The position numbers and the translations under genes were made by a program. From assembly GCA_965222375.1 (NCBI GenBank), contig CBDCTZ010000014.1, forward strand, positions 96,001 to 160,000: 64,000 bases of DNA, given 5' to 3'. This document shows, piece after piece, positions 18,764 through 27,050 of the stretch. Under the pieces are notes generated by a model. The model ran no database searches. It was given only the letters and a program-made list of their open reading frames with translations, and was not told the DNA's origin. The stretch comes from Polyangiaceae bacterium. Its GTDB lineage: Bacteria; Myxococcota_A; Polyangia; Polyangiales; Polyangiaceae. Within the stretch, counting starts at the first letter, position 1. Every line of letters starts with the position of its first letter.

Positions 18764-20329
18764 GTGACGATGCCCCTGCGGCGTGTATTGCCTTTCTCAG
18801 CGGCGTGCCTCCTGGCGTGCGCACCTAGCGCAACCCAGCCGAGTCCCCCAGCTCCCGACACCGAGAGCCCTTCGGCTGTCGCCAGACAAGCGCCTGCAGA
18901 CGCGGGGCGGCCCGACGCACCCCGAGTCACGCCGGGCAAAGGGGATTTCGGGCGGGAGGGTCCGGTTGCGTTCCTCGCCGCGTCCGCGACCGGTGAGTGG
19001 GTCGGATTGTGTCAACCGCCACTCAGTGCTTCGGGCCGGCCCCTCGAGCAAGCCGAGTGGCTGCGCAGCGTCGAATTGGGCCAGGGGCGCGCGCTGTCCG
19101 TGAAGAGCATTGCGGCCACGGATCCGCGAGGTCGCTACTTGGTCGTCGAGCGGGGAGAGCGGTTCGAACTGGTCGACGCCCGGACAGGGAGCATCACACG
19201 GCTGAGCGAGGAGGCAGATGGCCGGCGCGTCCTGGCCAACTACGTCGGTCACCGAAGCTTCGCATTCGATTCGGCGGGTGAACGCCTAGCCTACCTGACT
19301 CGCAGCCGGACATCGGGCAGTCGCATCGTGATTCGGGACCTTGCTGCCGGAACGCAGATCACCGGTCCGAAGCTCGATTCTGAGGCCTTGAGGCTGCGCT
19401 TCATCCCGGGACCACCCGAGTCATTGATGCTGGACGGTGTACTGGCGGACACCAACGGCGATGGAAAGCGCACCCTGCCCAAGACCTTCATCGCGGCGCC
19501 GCGTGACTGTCGCAAGCGTGGAGGATTCGTGGCCACGGGAAAGGCTTCGGGCGATGCGCTGGTGGCTCACGTCGTGAACACGACAACCGCCCGTGCGAAG
19601 CCCGCACCTGGGCGGCTCATGGTCTTGGGCCAGGACCGGATATTCCGCGACGACAAGGGGCGTCTCCTTCTCTATCGCGGCCTGCAGCGCTTCGTGCTGG
19701 CCGACGCTGACTGTGGAGCCCGGGTACTAGCGGGCAACGTGAGCCGTCGGCTATTGCTCGTAGCCTGCTACAAGGTACCGGGGCGCTCGCCGTTGCGACT
19801 TGTCGGTCCCAATCTGAGTACAGAGCTCGAGGTTGACCTCGCTTTCGCGGGTGAGGATCACGTCTCCCAGCTCGACACGCAGCTGTTTGGCATCCATCCC
19901 GGGAAGAACGCGGCCCTCGTCGACTTCGAACAGGCGCGCCTGATCAACTTGGGCGAAAAACGCCTGGTTGTCTCCGTCCGAAAGCGATTCGCGCTCGTGC
20001 GTGAAAAGTCGAAGCTGCTCGGCATCTCGGTTCCCCGCGACGCCGCCAAACCGCCAAGACAATCCGTGATCTTGGATGACCTCGCGAGCGTGACGGAACT
20101 CGTGCTTGGTCAGCGGCATCTGGTCATTGGCGGCTGGGTCCTAGAGCGCGCGGGCGGTCGGGTGCTTGGGAAAGTCGCCGGGCATCCCCTCTCCGTCGAC
20201 GCTACCGGTCGAGTCCTGACGGCAAGGCCCAGCGAGGCCAATTCTGCAGTTACCGGCCCCCTGCGCTACGTTCGACCTGCCTTGAAGGGCGCCGCCATTG
20301 GCGCCCCGGCTCACGGCTTGGGCGGATAG
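18764..20329 (+). CDS. Hypothetical lipoprotein, probable beta-propeller
   Basis: Lipobox LLAC; DPRGRYLV and FDSAGERLAY blades; DTNGDG motif. Confidence 0.7.
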   Translation: MTMPLRRVLPFSAACLLACAPSATQPSPPAPDTESPSAVARQAPADAGRPDAPRVTPGKGDFGREGPVAFLAASATGEWVGLCQPPLSASGRPLEQAEWLRSVELGQGRALSVKSIAATDPRGRYLVVERGERFELVDARTGSITRLSEEADGRRVLANYVGHRSFAFDSAGERLAYLTRSRTSGSRIVIRDLAAGTQITGPKLDSEALRLRFIPGPPESLMLDGVLADTNGDGKRTLPKTFIAAPRDCRKRGGFVATGKASGDALVAHVVNTTTARAKPAPGRLMVLGQDRIFRDDKGRLLLYRGLQRFVLADADCGARVLAGNVSRRLLLVACYKVPGRSPLRLVGPNLSTELEVDLAFAGEDHVSQLDTQLFGIHPGKNAALVDFEQARLINLGEKRLVVSVRKRFALVREKSKLLGISVPRDAAKPPRQSVILDDLASVTELVLGQRHLVIGGWVLERAGGRVLGKVAGHPLSVDATGRVLTARPSEANSAVTGPLRYVRPALKGAAIGAPAHGLGG

Positions 20330-22335
20330 ACGCCCTTCTGTCGTGCGGTTTCGCAGCCGCGGTCGACGCCGGTATCGCCCTCGTCGGTCTTTACGACCTT
20401 GAACTCGACCCGCCGATTCTTCTCCCAGGCAGCGGGCGTACTCGCCTTTGCCAGCGGGCAGTACTCGCCGTAACCCTGAGAAATCAGCCGGTTGGCCTTC
20501 AAGCCGCGGGACTTGAGGGCCTCCACGACGCTGCGGGCGCGGTCCCGAGTCAGCTTCAAGTTGTAGGCATCGCTCGAGCGTTCATCTGCGTGCCCGGCGA
20601 CTTCCACTATCTTGAACTCGGGATGTGCCTTGAGGGTCGCCGCCACTGCATCCAGGATCGGGTTGGACTCGGGTAGGATCTTGGCGCTGTTCGTTTCGAA
20701 CATGACCTTGTCGAGGATCACGATGTCGCTACCCTCGATGATGACCTTGCCCTTGTCAGGGCAGCCGTCCTTGTCCTCGAAACCATTGTAGGTCTCGGGG
20801 TCATTCGGGCACTTGTCCCTCTTGTCGGGGATCTGGTCCTTGTCGTTGTCCGGATCCGGGCAACCGTCTTCATCTTCGAAGCCATCCTTGTCCTCTGGAT
20901 CGAGGGGACAGGAGTCGTCCTTGTCCAGGATGCCGTCCTTGTCGTTGTCGAGGTCAGGGCAGCCGTCCGCATCCTGGAAACCATCGCGGTCCTCGGGATC
21001 ATCCGGGCACTTGTCGCGGGAGTCCAGGATGCCGTCGCCATCGCGGTCCCCATCCGAGCCTTCTGGGCACCCATCCTCGTCCTCGTCGCCGTCTCGATCT
21101 TCCGGCGTGTTGGGGCAACGGTCATCGACATCCAGGATGCCGTCGTTGTCGTTGTCGGGCTCGGGGCAACCATCCTCGTCTTTGAACCCGTCAAAGTCTT
21201 CGGGTTCATCCGGGCACTGGTCGACGTCGTCTTTGTAGCCGTCGCCGTCCCGATCGCCGATGCTCGGCTCGAAAACGAATCCGAGGACCAGGCGAACATC
21301 AGCGGCCTCGAAGCCCGTGGAAAACGCGCGACTTCCGCCGCCCATCATCAAGTAGCTGTTGCGCTCAACGAATAGCTTGATGCCTCCCAGAAACTCCATG
21401 GAAAGCTTCTGCTTGCTATCGGTATTGTCGGCAAGCAGGTACGTCCCGTAGGTCTCGGCGACCAAGTCCAGGGAGTCCAATGCTCGGAAGGAGATACCCG
21501 CTCCGAAGGTTCCAAGGTTGCCGTACTGGAACCTACCCTCGGCCAATTGATCACGGCCAGCGAGGTCTTGCTCGAAGCGTGGGTTCTTGCCGGTATGTCC
21601 ACGGTAGCCAGCGTTCAGCGCCAGCTTTAGTCGACCCCTCGATCCAAACCGATTCTCGAAGGCGATTCGCGGCCAGTACCAGCCGCCCGGGTCCGCGCCG
21701 AGATCTCTCGGTGCATCTGCCACGGGGATGCCGCCTTGCACGATGACCGCGAGGCCAGGTCCCTTCTCGATCCGGGTCAGACGGAGCTTGCCGTGGAGCG
21801 CCACAGTACTAATTTTCTGGGAATCGAGTTTTTCCGTGGAGTAAAGGGCGCCGTTCTGGCCAATCTCGTTGGCTTCATCCCCCGCCATGAGGATGACGGG
21901 CACGGAGAGGCCAACCGCTGCCACGTTTTCGATGCCGTAGTTGAAGCCAAACGTGCCCTGGAAAGAGTTCTTGACCAGCGCTTCGACGCCAGGGTCTTCG
22001 GAGCGGTTGGCTGTACCGGGTGGGCAGGCGGGGATGTCACCGCTCGGCGACGGAGTTTGGCACTCCTCGCGGTCCCCGTTGGTGCGCATGATGTTGCGCC
22101 CGTAGTCCAGGACCAGTCCGAAGCTGATGTCGTTGGCTCCCAAGATGTCGGAGCCGTTGACCGCCATGAAGCCCTTGGAATCCACTGCGGGGCGGAACAG
22201 ATGGGTGTCCATGCCTTCCGCGTTTTGTTCCGGGACCCGCTCCTTGACCTGCGCTGCGCCCACGGCGGGCACCAACAAAAGCGCTGCCAACGCTCCCCAC
22301 CCGGTGGCTCTTGCCGCACTCTGCCCTCGTCGCAT
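20311..22335 (-). CDS. OmpA-family outer membrane protein with thrombospondin type 3 repeats (TraB-like architecture)
   Basis: Signal peptide, beta-barrel-like N-terminus, DxDxDG/DxCP repeats, OmpA motifs GHAD, YNLKLT, NRRVEF. Confidence 0.93.
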   Translation of the reverse strand: MRRGQSAARATGWGALAALLLVPAVGAAQVKERVPEQNAEGMDTHLFRPAVDSKGFMAVNGSDILGANDISFGLVLDYGRNIMRTNGDREECQTPSPSGDIPACPPGTANRSEDPGVEALVKNSFQGTFGFNYGIENVAAVGLSVPVILMAGDEANEIGQNGALYSTEKLDSQKISTVALHGKLRLTRIEKGPGLAVIVQGGIPVADAPRDLGADPGGWYWPRIAFENRFGSRGRLKLALNAGYRGHTGKNPRFEQDLAGRDQLAEGRFQYGNLGTFGAGISFRALDSLDLVAETYGTYLLADNTDSKQKLSMEFLGGIKLFVERNSYLMMGGGSRAFSTGFEAADVRLVLGFVFEPSIGDRDGDGYKDDVDQCPDEPEDFDGFKDEDGCPEPDNDNDGILDVDDRCPNTPEDRDGDEDEDGCPEGSDGDRDGDGILDSRDKCPDDPEDRDGFQDADGCPDLDNDKDGILDKDDSCPLDPEDKDGFEDEDGCPDPDNDKDQIPDKRDKCPNDPETYNGFEDKDGCPDKGKVIIEGSDIVILDKVMFETNSAKILPESNPILDAVAATLKAHPEFKIVEVAGHADERSSDAYNLKLTRDRARSVVEALKSRGLKANRLISQGYGEYCPLAKASTPAAWEKNRRVEFKVVKTDEGDTGVDRGCETARQKGVYPPKP
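20760..21255 (-). repeat. TSP3-type Asp-rich repeats
   Basis: Five copies of DxDxDGIxDxxDxCPxxPEDxDGFxDxDGCP within the OmpA gene. Confidence 0.9.
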
Positions 22336-22395
22336 GATGGCCCGTTCCTCCGCCTGGCGTAAAAGTACTGGAAAACGCCTAGCTTTTTGCGGGCG

Positions 22396-22425
22396 AAGCT
22401 AACATTCGGCCAAATAACGTGTCAA
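22396..22425 (-). promoter_or_regulatory. Sigma70-type promoter for the OmpA gene
   Basis: TTGACA-N18-TAGCTT with an extended -10 TG. Confidence 0.55.
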
Positions 22426-22482
22426 CGCAGCGCGGCATCGGGGTCCGCTGCATCAGATCGATCTGCTACCCTGCCGCTTGGT

Positions 22483-23085
22483 ATGCTGGCTTCGCGGTCG
22501 CGTACTGGGCTGGTCGCACTTGCGCTAGGCCTGTTGCTGGGACTCGCGGCCCCCGTGGCTGCGGCGGAGGATGCCACTGCGCCCGAGGCCGACAGTCGAA
22601 GGACGACCTTCATCGGGACGATCGGGGCGCTGGCACTTCTGGTAGGCGGAGTTGGTGCGTATTTGAGCTTGAAGCGGCGGCGGAAGGCGGCCGCGCCGGT
22701 GCCCGCCGAGAGCCCGCCTCCCGTGGTCCGGATCGTCCAACCGGCGCCTCGCGCCATGACGTGTCCGACCTGTCGAGGGGAGTACGCGGTGGGTGATCGC
22801 TTCTGTAAGCGTGATGGAAACCGCCTCGTGCCCACCGCAGAGATGGCCGATCCACGGGCGCCTGCTGGGAGCGTCTGCCCGGTCTGCGATCACGGCTACG
22901 ATCCAGGGGTTTCCGTGTGTCCCACGGATGGGGAGGAGCTGGTGCCCTGGGCCCTCCGAGAGCGCCTCTCGGAGCCTGGAAGTGAGCGAACCCCGGTCAA
23001 GATCTGCCCAACCTGCGGCAGCCGATACCCGAGTGGCTGCGGGTTCTGCCGATCCGACGGGACGGCTCTAGTACTGGTAAATTAG
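22483..23085 (+). CDS. Membrane protein with three tandem zinc ribbons
   Basis: Two hydrophobic segments, KRRRK stop-transfer, 3x CPxC...CxxDGxxL. Confidence 0.8.
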   Translation: MLASRSRTGLVALALGLLLGLAAPVAAAEDATAPEADSRRTTFIGTIGALALLVGGVGAYLSLKRRRKAAAPVPAESPPPVVRIVQPAPRAMTCPTCRGEYAVGDRFCKRDGNRLVPTAEMADPRAPAGSVCPVCDHGYDPGVSVCPTDGEELVPWALRERLSEPGSERTPVKICPTCGSRYPSGCGFCRSDGTALVLVN

Positions 23086-23156
23086 CTTCGGCCAGTCCCT
23101 GGGAAAATCTGAGGCGCTTCTGCTAGGATTCCGATTCTGCTGAGAGTGATACGGCT

Positions 23157-24773
23157 ATGAAAATCACGTGCCATTCCTGCGGCGCCAAGTACGCGATCGC
23201 GGACGAAAAGGTCCGAGGCCGCCGAGTCAAGGTCCGCTGCAAGGGCTGTAAGACTGCCATCGTGGTTGATGGCTACTCCATGGATTCCGACGATGGAGGA
23301 GGCAGTCTCGAGGATGACGACGCGACTCGTGTCCAGCAGTCGGCCGCCGACCTGGGTGGAGGCGCTCCGGCGGACCCGAACGCGTGGAGCGTGAATCTGA
23401 GCGACACGGATCAGCGCAACATGACCACGGCCGAGATCGTCGAGTCCTGGCACTCCGGTCAAATGCCCGAGGATGCTTTCGTTTGGAAGGAAGGCATGGA
23501 CGATTGGTTGCCCATCGGCGACGTGCCGGAGTTGGTCTCCGCGATCAGTGCCGGCGCGGGCGGAGCACCGTCCCAACCTCCTCAGCAGCCCTATCCATCG
23601 CAGCCTCCTCCTCCATCTCAGCCCCCAGCGGCTGATGCGGGCGGGTCTTTTGGCTCGGACTTCAACTTTGGTGGCGGTGGCGGCCAGCCCGAGGCGGCTC
23701 GCGTCGAGGCTTCACGAGCACAAGCCGGGGTCGATCTGTTCGGCGCCGCAGCGGCGGCGGGAAGTGAGGCCGAGGCTCGCCCCGCCGCGCCGGCTGCGTC
23801 GGCGTACGAAGACGACAAGATGACGGGGGCCAGGAACGAAAACAGCGTCCTGTTCTCACTGGACGCCCTCAAGGCGGGCATGACACCGAGCGCCCAGTCG
23901 GCCCCAGTCGCGCCGTCCGGGGGCGGTGATGACAAAGCCAGCATGGACGACCTCATGGGAGGAGTCGGCGCTCTCGGTGGCGGCAACGCGCTGTTCGGAA
24001 TGCAGCAGAACCAGTCGCTGCTCACGGCACCTGCTCCACCGCCGCCGCCTAAAGCGCGGCCCGTCGTACCCAGTGATCCGGGTCTCGGCGCGTCGGCAAG
24101 CATTGCCCCGTCAATGCCACCTCCCAAGAGCAACAAGCTGGTCTTCATATTGGGCGGAGCGGTTGCGTTCCTGGTGCTTATCGTCGTGATTCTAGGCGTT
24201 TCCTTCATGGGCGGAAGCGACGAAGAGGACAAGCTGGCCAAGGCAGAAGCAGCCGCCGCGGAAAAGAAGAAAGCCGAAGAGAAGGCGGCCGAAGAAAAGA
24301 AGAAGGCTGAAGAGGCTGCCGCGGCAGCCGCCGCCAAGAAGAAGGCTGAAGCGAACAAGCCTCCCGAGCTTCCCGACGGGGCCAGCGCGGATGAAAAGAA
24401 GCGGTTCCAGGCGGCTATGGCGAAGTTGACCGCGCTCGACAAGGAGCGCCCCACCGAACACAAGCCCACCCAGGCCCAAGCGGAGGATCCGAAGCCGGGC
24501 AGCGAGAAGTTCAACACGAAAGCTGCCATCTCGGCGCTGCGCGCCGCTTCCTCTGCTTCGGCAGCCTGCAAGAAGCCCGGGGGCCCCACGGGCAAGGGCA
24601 AGGCGATCGTGACGTTCGCGCCGACTGGACGCGTCACGGCAACCAAGGTCAAAGACGAGTTCGATGGCACGTCTGTTGGCGTCTGCGTAGCCACGGTTTT
24701 CCGCGCGCCGCGCATTCCACCCTTCGGCGGTGATGCGAAGACCGTCGCCAAGAGTTTCACGATTCCGGATTGA
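23157..24773 (+). CDS. Zinc-ribbon + GYF_2 + TM + TonB-C-like protein (GltJ/AgmX-like)
   Basis: MKITCHSCGAKYAIADEKV...VRCKGC, FVWKEGMDDW (GYF_2), RNENSVLFSL, TM helix, C-terminal VTFAPTGRV...GVCVATVF. Confidence 0.85.
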   Translation: MKITCHSCGAKYAIADEKVRGRRVKVRCKGCKTAIVVDGYSMDSDDGGGSLEDDDATRVQQSAADLGGGAPADPNAWSVNLSDTDQRNMTTAEIVESWHSGQMPEDAFVWKEGMDDWLPIGDVPELVSAISAGAGGAPSQPPQQPYPSQPPPPSQPPAADAGGSFGSDFNFGGGGGQPEAARVEASRAQAGVDLFGAAAAAGSEAEARPAAPAASAYEDDKMTGARNENSVLFSLDALKAGMTPSAQSAPVAPSGGGDDKASMDDLMGGVGALGGGNALFGMQQNQSLLTAPAPPPPPKARPVVPSDPGLGASASIAPSMPPPKSNKLVFILGGAVAFLVLIVVILGVSFMGGSDEEDKLAKAEAAAAEKKKAEEKAAEEKKKAEEAAAAAAAKKKAEANKPPELPDGASADEKKRFQAAMAKLTALDKERPTEHKPTQAQAEDPKPGSEKFNTKAAISALRAASSASAACKKPGGPTGKGKAIVTFAPTGRVTATKVKDEFDGTSVGVCVATVFRAPRIPPFGGDAKTVAKSFTIPD

Positions 24774-26946
24774 CCGGAGCCGCCACAGCCTCCGCTGCTT
24801 CAGCGAGGCGCTCGGCTAGACGTGTATTGCGATCCTCGCGGCGCGAGTCGGAGAGGCAGAGCCTGAGTGCGCGCGGGTCTGCGACGAGCACGCATAGTCG
24901 CTTCGCGCGGGTCACGGCTGTGTACAACAGATTGCGGCTCAGCATGACGAAGTGAGACGTCAGCAAGGGCAACACTACTGCGGGGTATTCGCTGCCCTGG
25001 CTCTTGTGGATGCTGGTTGCGTAGGCAAGGGTCAGCGAGTCCAAATCCGTGTCGTCGTAGTCGACTTCGCGTCCGTCGAACTGGGCGCAAAGTCGCTTCT
25101 TTTCTCGATCCACAGCTATCACGCGGCCCAGGTCCCCGTTGTAGACCTCTCGGTCGTAGTCGTTCCTGATCTGCATGACCTTGTCGCCGACTCCGAGCTG
25201 CTGCCCGCGGGATTCGAATCCTGTGCTGCTGGGATTGAGCCGCTCTTGGAGTAGTGCGTTGAGGGCGATGGTCCCCACCGGGCCACGATGCATCGGGGTG
25301 AGTACTTGGACATCCGAAACTGGATCGAGTCCGAAGCGTCGCGGTATCCGTTCTTCCACGAGCTGGCGCACGACTTCGCGAGCTTCCTCGGCATCCTGTC
25401 GGGCAACGGTGAAGAAGTCCGCGTTTGGGTCTTCGGGGTCGGAACTCTCCGGGAGCTTTCCACACAGAATGCGGTGGGCATTGACGACGATGCGACTCTC
25501 CTGCGCCTGGCGGAAAATCTCGGTCAGGCGAACGGTGGTGAGCTTTTCGCTTTCGATCACGTCCCGCAGGAATGCTCCTGGACCGACCGACGGGAGCTGG
25601 TCGACGTCGCCAACGATGACGACGCGTGCCTCGTCAGGCACTGCGGACATCAACGACTGAGCAAGCAGCAGATCCACCATCGATGCCTCATCGACGATGA
25701 TCGCGTCCGCTTCGATCGGGTGCTCCGCATCGCGCTTGAAGCGACCCGTCTTTCCATCCACCTCCAGCAGGCGGTGAATGGTGGTAGCCGTTCGCTCCGT
25801 GGCGTCGCTTAACCGCTTCGCAGCCCGGCCTGTCGGCGCGGCGAGGCGCACCGCCAGAGAGTGGTTGTCCATCACCGCCACGATTGCTTGGACGATCGTG
25901 GTCTTGCCCACACCGGGCCCGCCGGTAACGACGACGATCTTGTTTTCGGCTGCCGCCCGTATGGCTCGGCGTTGCTCTGGGGCCAAGGTGACGCGCGTTT
26001 TCTCCTCGAACCGCTGCACTGCGGCTTCGAGGCCACCCAGCTTGCGCGCCGGGCTCTGAAGTAGGCGCGCCAGATGCGTCGCCACGTCTCGCTCCGCGTT
26101 GTCGAGCCGGCTCAAGCTGACGCGATTGTGCTCGACCGCCACCCGCTCTGCGGCCTGAAGCGCGTCGATGGCAGCTTCGACATGGCCATCTCCGATCCCC
26201 AGTAGTTCCACAGTGCTTGCCACCAATTCCTTGCGGAGAGAGAAGGTGTGGCCAGAATCGGCGAGCTGGCCGAGTACGTGGACGACGCCGGCCTGGGCTC
26301 TTTCCGGGTGATCCCCGCTGATCCCCAGGCCTCGTGCCAAGCGATCTGCGGTGAGGAACCCAATGCCGGCTACCTCCAGGGCCAGGCGATAAGGGTTTCG
26401 CTGAACCACACTCGCCGCCCGATCGCCGTAGCGTTTGAAGATCCGCGCGGCCAAGGCCGGGGATGCGCCATGGCTCTGCAGCAGTACCATGATGTTGGCG
26501 ACTGCCCGCTGCTCACTCCAGGTACGCTTCACGTCCTCGACGCGTTGTCGGCCAATGCCCTGAACTTCTCCGAGTCGACCTGGTGTCTCGTCCAGCACTT
26601 TCAGGGTATTCAGGCCGAAGTGGGAGACGATCCTCCCAGCGAGTGCGGGGCCGATGCCCGGAATCAAACCCGAGGCCAAGTACTTTTCGAGCCCCGACAA
26701 TGTGTTCGGCTCGATGGGTACGAGGGAGTCCGCCTTGAACTGCTGCCCATGCCGGGGGTCGACAACGAGTGCACCCGTCGCACGAATTCGAGTGCCGGGG
26801 CCGACGGGTTGAAAGGTGCCCACGATGGACAATCGAGGTGGCGCGGGAGAGAGTCCTTCGACTGAACCCACCCGAATGACGCGGAAGCTCGTCTCCTCGT
26901 TCTCGAAGGTCACACGCTCCACTTCGGCGGTCAGCGTGGTGGACAC
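24757..26946 (-). CDS. recD2: ATP-dependent RecD-like DNA helicase RecD2
   Basis: HhH motifs GIGP/GIGF, GGPGVGKT, APTGRAAKR, DEASM, GDVDQLPSVG, SIHKSQGSEY; GTG start at 26946. Confidence 0.95.
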   Translation of the reverse strand: MSTTLTAEVERVTFENEETSFRVIRVGSVEGLSPAPPRLSIVGTFQPVGPGTRIRATGALVVDPRHGQQFKADSLVPIEPNTLSGLEKYLASGLIPGIGPALAGRIVSHFGLNTLKVLDETPGRLGEVQGIGRQRVEDVKRTWSEQRAVANIMVLLQSHGASPALAARIFKRYGDRAASVVQRNPYRLALEVAGIGFLTADRLARGLGISGDHPERAQAGVVHVLGQLADSGHTFSLRKELVASTVELLGIGDGHVEAAIDALQAAERVAVEHNRVSLSRLDNAERDVATHLARLLQSPARKLGGLEAAVQRFEEKTRVTLAPEQRRAIRAAAENKIVVVTGGPGVGKTTIVQAIVAVMDNHSLAVRLAAPTGRAAKRLSDATERTATTIHRLLEVDGKTGRFKRDAEHPIEADAIIVDEASMVDLLLAQSLMSAVPDEARVVIVGDVDQLPSVGPGAFLRDVIESEKLTTVRLTEIFRQAQESRIVVNAHRILCGKLPESSDPEDPNADFFTVARQDAEEAREVVRQLVEERIPRRFGLDPVSDVQVLTPMHRGPVGTIALNALLQERLNPSSTGFESRGQQLGVGDKVMQIRNDYDREVYNGDLGRVIAVDREKKRLCAQFDGREVDYDDTDLDSLTLAYATSIHKSQGSEYPAVVLPLLTSHFVMLSRNLLYTAVTRAKRLCVLVADPRALRLCLSDSRREDRNTRLAERLAEAAEAVAAPVNPES

Positions 26947-27050
26947 GGGGGGACCATAGCAGGCGAAAACACCAGTAGCAGAGGGACAAAGCCGGATCCC
27001 TCTGCCAGTTCGCTTGCTCCATGGCGCGCAGCCGAGGTAATCGACCGGAA

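Noticed and set aside
20760..21255. Regular repeats in the OmpA gene considered as a non-coding array
   Set aside because: They encode ordinary TSP3 Asp-rich repeats
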